Assembly (NCBI RefSeq): GCF_050920415.1
Contig: NZ_CP169310.1
Source: Escherichia coli
Lineage (GTDB): Bacteria; Pseudomonadota; Gammaproteobacteria; Enterobacterales; Enterobacteriaceae
Length of the DNA: 64,000 nt
Reading direction: 5' to 3' (one strand)
Each line of letters begins with the position of its first letter. Position 1 is the first letter of the stretch. This document shows, one piece after another, positions 32,177 through 41,500 of this stretch. The notes under the pieces are model-generated. The model had not been told where the DNA came from. It saw nothing but the letters and a program-made list of their open reading frames with translations, and searched no databases. A program made the translations under genes and the position numbers.

Positions 32177-33941
32177 AGCGTCCCTGTCGTGCCATCAGAG
32201 AATGGTGATTGCCTCGCTCCGTTATTTTTCCCTGCTCCATGAAAATAACTTCATCAGCCTGAGCGGCCAGAGATAAATCATGTGTGATAATCAGTGCTGT
32301 TTTATTCTTGAGGAGTCTTTTCAGCTCTGTAAAGACCGCCAGTTCATTTATACTATCCAGCCCTACACCTGGTTCATCAAGCAGAATAAAAGGCGTATTC
32401 AGGAGAATCACCCGGGCAATTGCTATGCGCTGTCGCTGCCCTCCGGAAAGCGTATTTCCACGTTCTCCTACTATAGTATTATATCCCTGTGGTAGCCCGC
32501 TGATGAACTCATGTGCATTGGCCTGTCTGGCCGCTGCAATTATTTCATCATCACTGAAGGTCTTTCCTGCTCCCAGCGTAATATTATCCCGAATACTGTA
32601 TCCGAATAACAGGGGCTCCTGAGGTAGATATCCAATCCTCTGACGCAGAGATGTCACACAAAACTCGTGCAACTCATTCTTTCCCAAAAGGATACGACCA
32701 GAATCCGGCTCATATAACCGTAACAATAAACGGCTGAGCGTGGATTTTCCAGCCCCCGAGGGTCCGGTCACTGCCAGAGTATGACCCGACGGGAGATGGA
32801 AACTGACATTATGAAGAGTTCTACCGCACTCTCCATTCTTTCCCTCTCGGTAAGTGAAACTAACATTTTCAAAGCGAATATCCGGCATCTCTGATAACGG
32901 CAGTTTTTTTCCCTCAACAGAGTATTCTACTGGCAGATAATGCAGTAACCCTGCAACCCTTTCTCCAGCTGTAAATGCCCTGATCAGACGCGTACTGTAT
33001 CTTGCAAACTCACGTACAGGACGGAACATATTTTTCAGGTAGGATAAAAAAACCAGTAATTCTCCGGCTGACATTTTTCCGCTCAGAACACTTCTGGCTC
33101 CCAGCAGTAATACCATAGCTGTGATCCCCGCAATCAACAGTTCAATCAGACACTCCAGCCCGACAGCCTGTTTTCTGGCTTTCACATTCTGTTGTAGACT
33201 CTGTCGTTCCGGTCCCTCAAATGCCCTTATGGCATCTTTCTCCAGTGCCATGGCCTGAACTGTTGCTATCGCAGTCATGAACTCTGCTGAACGGGCAGCA
33301 AGTTCCCCTTCATGCTGTCTCTGAACCCGGTTGACATCTCTGATCCGTCTTCCTCTCCAGACTGTCACCAGCACAAGAAGTGGAACCGGAAGCAATGCTA
33401 CCACTGTCAGTTGCCAGTTCAGCCAGAGCATGATGCCGGCCATACCAGTGAACACTGTAAGGCTAGATAACAGAGGCATTACAGCTGTCACCATCGCATC
33501 ACGCATCATTCCGATATCATTTATCAGTCTCATAGTCAGATCACCGGCTCTCAACTCCTGATGAGCTGAAAGGGGTAATCTTAGCAGATGTGTAAACAGT
33601 GACTTCCGGATAATGCTCAGGATCCTGCTTCCGGCCAAGGCCATTCTGGTTGCGGTGAAATAGCCACATAATCCCTTTAGCACAGCTATAGCAATAACAC
33701 CCAGAGCACATCCCGGTAACAGATAGTCTTGGATAGTGTCATTCCCGACCGAAAACCAAGAAAAGTCATCATATCTGGCTTTTCCCAGAACAAAATCCAC
33801 AGCAAGTGCTAATGGCCAGGGTTCCAGTAACCGGATAATACTGGTCAGAAGTAATGTCAGAAATACACTTGACAACAGCATCTTCTGTGTCCGGATGGCC
33901 GGCCAGAACGTTCGTAATACCTGCTGATGTTCAGACTTCAT
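32127..33941 (-). CDS. Fused TMD-NBD ABC exporter (MsbA / NdvA-ChvA type half-transporter)
   Basis: 604 aa with six N-terminal hydrophobic segments, Walker A GPSGAGKST, signature LSGGQRQR and Walker B FILLDEPG. Confidence 0.85.
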   Translation of the reverse strand: MKSEHQQVLRTFWPAIRTQKMLLSSVFLTLLLTSIIRLLEPWPLALAVDFVLGKARYDDFSWFSVGNDTIQDYLLPGCALGVIAIAVLKGLCGYFTATRMALAGSRILSIIRKSLFTHLLRLPLSAHQELRAGDLTMRLINDIGMMRDAMVTAVMPLLSSLTVFTGMAGIMLWLNWQLTVVALLPVPLLVLVTVWRGRRIRDVNRVQRQHEGELAARSAEFMTAIATVQAMALEKDAIRAFEGPERQSLQQNVKARKQAVGLECLIELLIAGITAMVLLLGARSVLSGKMSAGELLVFLSYLKNMFRPVREFARYSTRLIRAFTAGERVAGLLHYLPVEYSVEGKKLPLSEMPDIRFENVSFTYREGKNGECGRTLHNVSFHLPSGHTLAVTGPSGAGKSTLSRLLLRLYEPDSGRILLGKNELHEFCVTSLRQRIGYLPQEPLLFGYSIRDNITLGAGKTFSDDEIIAAARQANAHEFISGLPQGYNTIVGERGNTLSGGQRQRIAIARVILLNTPFILLDEPGVGLDSINELAVFTELKRLLKNKTALIITHDLSLAAQADEVIFMEQGKITERGNHHSLMARQGRYAELWLLQKEGKGNAE

Positions 33942-35100
33942 CCAATCCTCCAGTCAGCAGCGTAATATCGGCATATAACCAGATTTTCCTAAGCACATTC
34001 TCCCAGCTATTCTGTTTCACATATAGACCTCCGGCTTCCCCCATTTTCCGGCACAACGAAGGGGAGTCAGCCAAAGTGATAATTGCATCAGATAGTGCTG
34101 ACGGTGATTCTGGTGGGATCAGAAGTCCGGTTTTTTCATGCTTTACAATGCTATCAAGATCTCCGGTTCGAGATGTGATTACTGGCAATTCTGCCGCCAT
34201 ATATTCATAAATTTTAAGAGGCGAAAAATAAAAATCATCGAAATGCGGATAGGGAGCAACCCCCGCATCAGCACAAGCAAGCAATGCAGGAACATCACAA
34301 TGAGCAACACCACCATGAAATACCACTGCGTTATCTACACCAGCACTCCGGAAAGCATTCTCCAGTGCTGGACGCTCCGGTCCATCCCCGATGATAGAAA
34401 GACTAATATCTGTTCTCTGACGACGCAGTAAAATAAACGCTTCTGCCAAGGTATCCATCCCGTGCCAGGGCTTCAGGGTTCCGGAAAATACCACAGTAAA
34501 AACGCTACCCCGCGCCATGTTTTTTTTATAAAAAGAAGCCGGATTCACGCCGTTTCGGACAACATGGACTTTTCCTTCTGTTGCAGGTAATGTCTCCAAC
34601 CAACGACGGATACCGGGCGAAACTGCTATCACCGTACTGGCATACTCCAGTACAAGCTCCAGTACTTGATAAGCTTCATGCTCCATCACCATCTTTCGCC
34701 AGCGTTTCTGCTCCAGCGGAAGGGGAGCATTAACCTCCAGTATGCCCGGGATCCCTGCATTCCGGGCATATTCCATCCCGGCAAAACTCCAGAGAGAATA
34801 GCGCTCATAAACAACATCAAAAGGACCGGCAGACACCAACCTACTCTTCAGTTCTTGATTTCCCCTGAGTGCTTGACTGGCTTTTTCCTCATCTGAATCT
34901 GTTCCGGATAAATCAAAAAGAGGGACAACCCTGACAGCACGAAATTCTTCCGGTACTGGCGAAAATCCCCGGCAGGTAAACAATGTCACATCCATACCGG
35001 CGTTCAGCATTTCCCTGAGCATTCCCTGGATATGAATGGAAGCTCCTTTATATCCAAAAACAGGAATACCAGGATCTGCACAAACATAGGCCACTCTCAC
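33931..35100 (-). CDS. GT4-family glycosyltransferase
   Basis: 389 aa; MRVAYVCADPGIPVFGYKGASIHIQ..., with a C-terminal E-x7-E-type region KIYEYMAAELPVITSRTGDLDSIVKHEKTGLL. Confidence 0.8.
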   Translation of the reverse strand: MRVAYVCADPGIPVFGYKGASIHIQGMLREMLNAGMDVTLFTCRGFSPVPEEFRAVRVVPLFDLSGTDSDEEKASQALRGNQELKSRLVSAGPFDVVYERYSLWSFAGMEYARNAGIPGILEVNAPLPLEQKRWRKMVMEHEAYQVLELVLEYASTVIAVSPGIRRWLETLPATEGKVHVVRNGVNPASFYKKNMARGSVFTVVFSGTLKPWHGMDTLAEAFILLRRQRTDISLSIIGDGPERPALENAFRSAGVDNAVVFHGGVAHCDVPALLACADAGVAPYPHFDDFYFSPLKIYEYMAAELPVITSRTGDLDSIVKHEKTGLLIPPESPSALSDAIITLADSPSLCRKMGEAGGLYVKQNSWENVLRKIWLYADITLLTGGLDEV

Positions 35101-36344
35101 TGAACTCTCTCCTGTATTCCTGCCTGAATTGCATCCTCAAATATTTCACGCAGTCGCCGGGTGTTACGATCAATATCAAATGCATCTTCAATTCGTTTTC
35201 TCGCATTCAGCGCCAGATACTTCCTCAGCACAGCATCACCAGCCATTCTTTCAATGGCATCAGCCATTACACCCGGTTTTTCAGGATCAATACAGAATCC
35301 AGTGTGGCCGTCAGTCACCAGTTCAGGGATCCCGGCAACCCGGGTAGAAATAACAGGCAATCCCTGCGCCATGGCCTCCAGTAATACTGTCGGCAACCCA
35401 TCCCGGTCCCCATCACTACTGATAATGCAGGGAGCAACCAGCATCGTGGCCCGGTGCATAGCCATTTTCACATATCCCTGAGGTTGGGCTCCGGTCAGTG
35501 TGATGACAGACGACAGACCACTCTCTTCAACCTGTCGCCTCAGCATCTCTTTTAGAGGACCATCTCCCACTAAAGTGCAGTGAAAATTCATTCCCCGACA
35601 ATACAACAAACGCAGCGCTTCAATCAGCGTACTGAAGCCCTTTTTAACGACCAAACGTCCCACCGCTAATATTTCAGTGTTTTCCGGCCCTATGAGATTG
35701 TCGCGACACAGGTATTGTTGTAAATCAATACCGTTATAAAGCCTCTCCAGTGAAGCCAGATTTCCACCATACTTTTTCTGTAACCAGGCACAATTATAAT
35801 CTGATACAGTAATCACCCGGCTCGCATCCCGGAGCTTCAGGGAAATTGCAGAGTCTTCAGGATAATCAAAATAAATATCTTTCGCATGTGCGGTAAAGCT
35901 GTACGTGATCCCTGCGAGTTTTGCTGCCAAGCGAGCGACTGTGGTCGCTTTTGTAGCAAAATGTGCATGAAGATGCCTGATCCCTCTTTCCTGTACAGTT
36001 GCTGCCAACATCACTGCCTGAGCAAATTCGTGTACATGATTATATCCGGGATCGGAAAAACATCCGGAAAGTTCCGGTAGTAACGGAAAAGAACGGCGCA
36101 GTAAATCATGATAATATTCAGCATTATATTGCCTAGAATTAAAACGAGTTACCGGTGCTTTTACCCGGGAAATAGATTCCTGAAAAAAAGCCTCCTGAAC
36201 ATCTCCAAGGGCGAAAATATCCAGCTTCATTCCGGCTCGTTCATGAGCGAGAATTTCATTGACAATAAATGTTTCTGAAAAGCGGGGATAGCGTTTAACC
36301 ACATATCCGACATAAGGGTGTTTATTATCCATTACACTCTCCAT
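35097..36344 (-). CDS. GT4-family glycosyltransferase (WcaL-like architecture)
   Basis: 415 aa; ...GDGPLKEML...GLPTVLLEAMAQGLPVISTRVAGIPELVTDGHTGF. There is a 4-nt ATGA overlap with the next gene. Confidence 0.8.
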   Translation of the reverse strand: MESVMDNKHPYVGYVVKRYPRFSETFIVNEILAHERAGMKLDIFALGDVQEAFFQESISRVKAPVTRFNSRQYNAEYYHDLLRRSFPLLPELSGCFSDPGYNHVHEFAQAVMLAATVQERGIRHLHAHFATKATTVARLAAKLAGITYSFTAHAKDIYFDYPEDSAISLKLRDASRVITVSDYNCAWLQKKYGGNLASLERLYNGIDLQQYLCRDNLIGPENTEILAVGRLVVKKGFSTLIEALRLLYCRGMNFHCTLVGDGPLKEMLRRQVEESGLSSVITLTGAQPQGYVKMAMHRATMLVAPCIISSDGDRDGLPTVLLEAMAQGLPVISTRVAGIPELVTDGHTGFCIDPEKPGVMADAIERMAGDAVLRKYLALNARKRIEDAFDIDRNTRRLREIFEDAIQAGIQERVQ

Positions 36345-36354
36345 GCCATTGATT

Positions 36355-37515
36355 TTAATTATTTTCTCTCCGCGCTGTAAATATCGCGTTCATTTTTTCT
36401 GTAAAGGAATGCAGCCCATTCAGACTGAGGTAAAGTCGTGGATCTGAAGGACACCAGTCGGAAATCAGCCAATCAGTTATTGACTGTGGCGTCAGACTGT
36501 CCGGATGCAAACATGTAACCAGATTCTTTTCTGCCATCCGTGAAGCACGTATCCATTGCTCAAGACGAGGAACAATACGGGGAATAATCAATGCCCGTTT
36601 CCGTAATGAAAGAATTTCCCGTAAGGTGTTATATCCCCCCATTGCCACCACGCTGTGCGTATGCTGTAGAAGAAAAAGAGGATCAGATACAAAACGAATA
36701 ATATGTAAATCATTACGCATGGACGCAATACGCTGTAATGATGTCACTTCCTCCCGAGCCATCTGGCTACCGGTAAGAATAACACCGTCCATCCCTGGCG
36801 GTAACAATGTCTCTGCAAATACAGATGCAAGGTGGTAGCCATCCTGCCCTCCCCCTGTAAGACATAATACGAATGGACGAGAAATCAGAGACTGAAATTG
36901 CTCATCCTGTAACACCGATGGAGATAATGGAACATCCGGATATCCAAGAAAACTGATTTTTCGGTATACTGATGGTTCCGGAGCAAGATCAAGCGACAAA
37001 TCATAGAATGAACGATCGCCATAAATCCATATATCAGAATAATACTGACGGACAATCGTATAATTATCTGCAGCATGCCATTGATGACGAACAACTGATG
37101 GTTCATCAATAATATCCCTGAGTCCAAGAATCAGATGCACATTATCATCAACCAATTCCGGAAGCACCGGCAGCAGTTCTGATAACGCCCCAGCAGGTAC
37201 ATTATCCACAACCATTACATCCGGACAATATTCACTCAATGCAGCTCGAATTATCTGTCTCCGAAGGCTAACCAATTTCCGGGTATTATTGCCCAGTGAC
37301 CGGGGGTGATATTTGCCGCACAACGTTTTGGCATAGGCTGGTAACGTAAGAATATCTGAGCGTTCAGGTAGTGTAAATAATCCGGATTCACGGGCACTGT
37401 TAATAATCAAAATTTCAGTATCAGAAAACCTTTTCTGAACTGCTCCTGCAAGCAAAAGATTTCGCCGTAAATGCCCAAGCCCCATCGTATCATGAGAATA
37501 AAACGCCAGCTTCAT
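36355..37515 (-). CDS. GT-B-fold glycosyltransferase (MurG/GT28-like, COG4671-type); first gene of the operon
   Basis: 386 aa; MKLAFYSHDTMGLGHLRRNLLLAGAV... and ...LCLTGGGQDGYHL...VVAMGGYNTLREILSLRKRALIIPR resemble MurG/UDP-glycosyltransferase C-terminal motifs. Confidence 0.6.
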   Translation of the reverse strand: MKLAFYSHDTMGLGHLRRNLLLAGAVQKRFSDTEILIINSARESGLFTLPERSDILTLPAYAKTLCGKYHPRSLGNNTRKLVSLRRQIIRAALSEYCPDVMVVDNVPAGALSELLPVLPELVDDNVHLILGLRDIIDEPSVVRHQWHAADNYTIVRQYYSDIWIYGDRSFYDLSLDLAPEPSVYRKISFLGYPDVPLSPSVLQDEQFQSLISRPFVLCLTGGGQDGYHLASVFAETLLPPGMDGVILTGSQMAREEVTSLQRIASMRNDLHIIRFVSDPLFLLQHTHSVVAMGGYNTLREILSLRKRALIIPRIVPRLEQWIRASRMAEKNLVTCLHPDSLTPQSITDWLISDWCPSDPRLYLSLNGLHSFTEKMNAIFTARRENN

Positions 37516-37748
37516 ATCATCAATAAATTTAAAATGTCAATATTTCTATCATTTTTAAATAGCTACCGCACTAATTATAACAATTAGCATTAAACTTTTT
37601 AACCCATTTTGTTTTTAGATTTAATGTTTTAAATACTGGCAGATACTCAGCAATTTTCCCAACGAGATAAAATGCTATTATTTTTTAACATCCTTTTACA
37701 CCAGTACCCAAGTATATAAAATAAATAATAAGTCATCTTTCTAAATAA

Positions 37749-37797
37749 TTTTAACTAATTGTGTACTCCTCTTTAAAATGTGCACAATTAGTTAAAA
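37749..37797. promoter_or_regulatory. Near-perfect 18-bp inverted repeat (13-nt spacer) upstream of the glycan operon; candidate operator shared with 52871-52917
   Basis: ttttaactaattgtgtac-N13-gtgcacaattagttaaaa (17/18 complementary). The right arm matches gtgcacaattagctaaca at 52902-52919 in 16/18 positions. Confidence 0.5.
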
Positions 37798-37909
37798 CTT
37801 GGCTTCTACATTCTCTAGATGTACACATCCCTGTTTGCAAGGCTGAGGTGTACTGGCAATAGCGGACACCACCATTTGTTCTTTTTCTAAGCAGCCATCT
37901 GATAATATT

Positions 37910-38350
37910 TTATCCTGAAGGCTGCCGGGGAGATATTCCCAGACGAGAGTGACGACGCTGACGATTGTAAAAAATCTCAATGTATTCCCGTATTACTGAG
38001 ATGGCCTCATCCCAGCTCTTAAAACGATAGTTGCTCAGACTTTCATTTTTCAGTGTTCCCCAGAAGCTTTCCAACGAAGCGTTGTCGTAACAGTTACCTT
38101 TACGCGACATTGATGTTTTCAGACCAAACTGTTCCTGTATGGCCCTGTAATCGTATGCTCAGTACTGTGAACCACGATCGGAGTGGTGGATTATCCCGGC
38201 AGGTGGGCGCTGGTTCCTGAGCACCATAAACAGGGCTTTACCCGTCAACTCTTTCGTCATGCGCTCTCCCATGGCGTAACCGACAATTTCGCTCGTATAA
38301 ACATCTTTGACGCCAGCGATATACAGCCATCCTTCCCGGGTGGCAACATA
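37910..38350 (-). pseudogene. IS3-family OrfB 3' portion (frameshifted)
   Basis: MSRKGNCYDNASLESFWGTLKNESL...YNRQRRHSRLG. Upstream frames read ...GWLYIAGVKDVYTSEIVGYAMGERMTKELTGKAL...HHSDRGSQY. Confidence 0.7.
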
Positions 38351-38360
38351 CGTTATATCT

Positions 38361-38480
38361 AGTGGTCAACAAAAACTGGCCACCGCGTTAGAGTTTTTCC
38401 AGTATCGATTTTCCGATTCGTTTGGGGGTAACCCACCGTTATATTCGTGCGGTCTTAGTGCGCTGTAATATCCAACGATA
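38361..38480 (-). mobile_element. IS911 right-end fragment (lacks the terminal TGA)
   Basis: agtggtcaacaaaaactggccaccgcgttagag... is the reverse complement of 61200-61317. Confidence 0.8.
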
Positions 38481-38543
38481 GAGCCTGCGGTAATGCTTAT
38501 TCCCGACGGTTCATGCCTGACAATTACATATAAAAATATTCCG

Positions 38544-38563
38544 GAGGGGCTATCCAGCCCCTC
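38544..38563 (-). terminator. Rho-independent-like terminator after the SPATE gene
   Basis: Minus strand: gaggggctggatagcccctc followed by cggaatattttta, 30 nt after the stop codon. Confidence 0.6.
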
Positions 38564-38593
38564 AACAGAATAAGTTATCAGCGATATCTGCTA

Positions 38594-41500
38594 TCAGAAA
38601 TCATACCGAATACCCAGTCTCCCTTCAGCATCGGTCTTAAAGTAACCATCAAAACTGCTGTTCACTTTTGCCTGTACTGACAGTTTATCTGTCAGCTTTC
38701 CGTTGATACCAAACGAAACGGTATAGCGGTCAGCTTTCTCTGCATCATAGTGACGGGCTTTCCAGTCATCACGTAGGGTCATTCCGGGCATATCGTTAAA
38801 CGTGATATTCCGCCAGATACCTGCCTTCAGCGTCATATTTCCAAATAATTTTTCTGCCTCAACCCCGGCTTTCAGCCACAAGGCATCGCCATCATGAAGC
38901 TCCACGCTCCGCTCCCGGCCCTGCAGACGATTTCCGTCCACCCGTGCACCGTTCAGTGAAACAGTCGGTGTTATCGACATATCAAGAGGGGATGCATACA
39001 TCTTCCACCCGCCACGGATACCCGCTGTCAGGATATGGCTTTTTGCTCTGCCGGACAGGTCACTCAGCTCTCCCTGAATAGTGTAATCTTCTGACAGCTC
39101 CCGGTATCCGACCATACCATCCACAAACAGACCACAGTCAAAGGATTTACCTGCCAGAACATGCACGCCCCACAGGCTGAAATCATCCCGGTAGCCATCT
39201 GTGCTGCTGTGCCCCCGGTAAAACTCTGCCCCCATCCCCCACCAGGTATTACTGGCAGCAGACTGGCGAAATCCCACATTCAGTCCACTCTGGTTTAGGC
39301 TGAAGTCGTCATATCCACCATGACTGTACCCTGTCATGGCCCATACACCACCGTCTGCATCGCTGTTGTCCACCACCTGTGTCCAGCGGTCAGCGCTGTC
39401 GCTGAGAATAAACTCACGGGCGGAAAACATGACACGCGCTTTCTTCAGAAGAGATGTGTTATCCGCGCCCTTAAACAGCGTACTGCCATTCACCGTCGTG
39501 CCCGCATTCTCTCCCGGAGAATCAGGGGAAGGCGTCACACCACTGCTGTTATTCCCTTCAGACACAATACCATCAGCCTCAGTGCTTCCTGTATTACCTG
39601 TATCCGGTGCAACCGGAGAGGTTGTATCTGTCACACCATCACTGACACCCGGTGATATCTGTGATTCTGTTGTTCCGGCATGACTTTTCAGTTGCCAGTA
39701 AACTCTGCCGTCTTTCTCCTGCACCTGTGTAATACCATCAGCCTCAGTGCTTCCTGTATTACCTGTATCCGGTGCAACCGGAGAGGTTGTATCTGTCACA
39801 CCATCACTGACATCCGGTGATATCTGAGATTCTGTTGTTCCGGCATGACTTTTCAGTTGCCAGTAAACTCTGCCGTCTTTCTCCTGCACCTGTGTGTCAG
39901 GGGTATAAACAGTAAACCCCCTGTTCAGGCTGGCAAAGGAGAAGTACCCGTGAGAAGTTCCGACCGGTGCAGATGCCAGAGTCAGGTCATTTTTCAGTGT
40001 GAGAGTCTGGTCAAACAGGGTGGACAGGTCCAGAGTGTTATGTCCGCCAGTTGCCTTATTCAGAATATCAATCCGGTCGCCCGTGTTGTCGGCAGTGCTG
40101 ACACCCATAGCGATATTCATACTGCTGGCATGCAGTGTGTTTACCGTCAGCGTTTTCGGCGACCAGTTGTCTGTCACAAGGGAGAGCGTCCCGCCTTTGC
40201 TTCTGAACGAATCCAGCGTGGAGCTTTTCGTCATATTCCAGTGACTTCGACTAGACAACTCTACATGAGAGCTGGCATGACCGCTGATATCACCATTAAA
40301 GGTTGCGTTCATGATATCCAGTGTCGTCTTCCCGTTCAGGACAGCGCCCCCATTAAACACGCTACGGTCTGCATCCTTCACAGCCTCTGATGTGCCTTCT
40401 TCCAGCGTAAAGGTCGTACCGTTACCGTCGTTTTTGTCGATAAAAACCCGGCTGTCGCCCAGTGTGACCGTCGAATCTGTTGCTTCAAGCATGGTGTTCA
40501 GCGTGGCATTACGGCCAAGGCCAAAATCGGTGTTCTTCAGTGACAGGTTGTCAAAGGTAAAGCTCCGGTTCTCCCAGTCCTCCTGACTGAATGATGTGGG
40601 CTGAGTCAGAACCGAATGGTCTCCACTGGCAGCCAGTTTGTCAGCCACAGACTGAGTATTGTATGCATGGATAACCGGATGCCCCTGCAACGTCAGACGC
40701 CCGTTTTCCTGGGTAAATTTACCGGATATATCAGCGGAGCCATCCATGACCAGTACAGCGCTCTGCCCAACTTCAACCACATTAGTTACATCCACGTTTC
40801 CTTTTAGCTGCCCATGATACAGATATTCTTCTGTATCGAAATCCAGCGTAATAGAGGCATGATTATCAGAATTATTTGCCAGCACAGCACCATAATCTGC
40901 GGCCTTCAGCTGATGAAACGTCAGATCGTTACCATTAACATCCAGAATCCCCCCACGATATCCCCAAGAAATGGTATCCGGGTTTACCTGTCGGTCATCA
41001 GTTAGTACCACAGTCGGTCGGCCACTGGCAATATTTACACTGCTGAAAGCCTGCACCTGTCCTTTACTGTCCGCCTGCTGACTCAGAACAACCTTCCCAT
41101 CCCCGACCTTCAGACCTCCCTCATTGATACCTGTACCCTGTACCGTCAGCGTACCCTCACCGATTTTATGCAGATTGTCACCTGCCTCGCCGTTGACCAG
41201 CCAGTTTACGGACACTCCTTTATCCACAATAATACCAGCCCCAGTCCAGGTACTTCCGTTAGAGGTTGTTACTGTGTAATTATCACGGAACGTCAGGGAA
41301 CCCGCGCCCTGCGAAACCGAATCCTTCAGTTCAATCTGCCCATTCTGCCCCAGAAATTCCAGATTCTTACCGGCATTCAGGTCATTTCCCAGCTGTCCGT
41401 GCATGTCATATGTGATGGTCCCTTGGGTCAGGGTGCCAACTCCGGTGCTGCTGTCAAAGCTCCACTCCAGTACTCCCCCCTCAGATGAACTGAACGTAAC

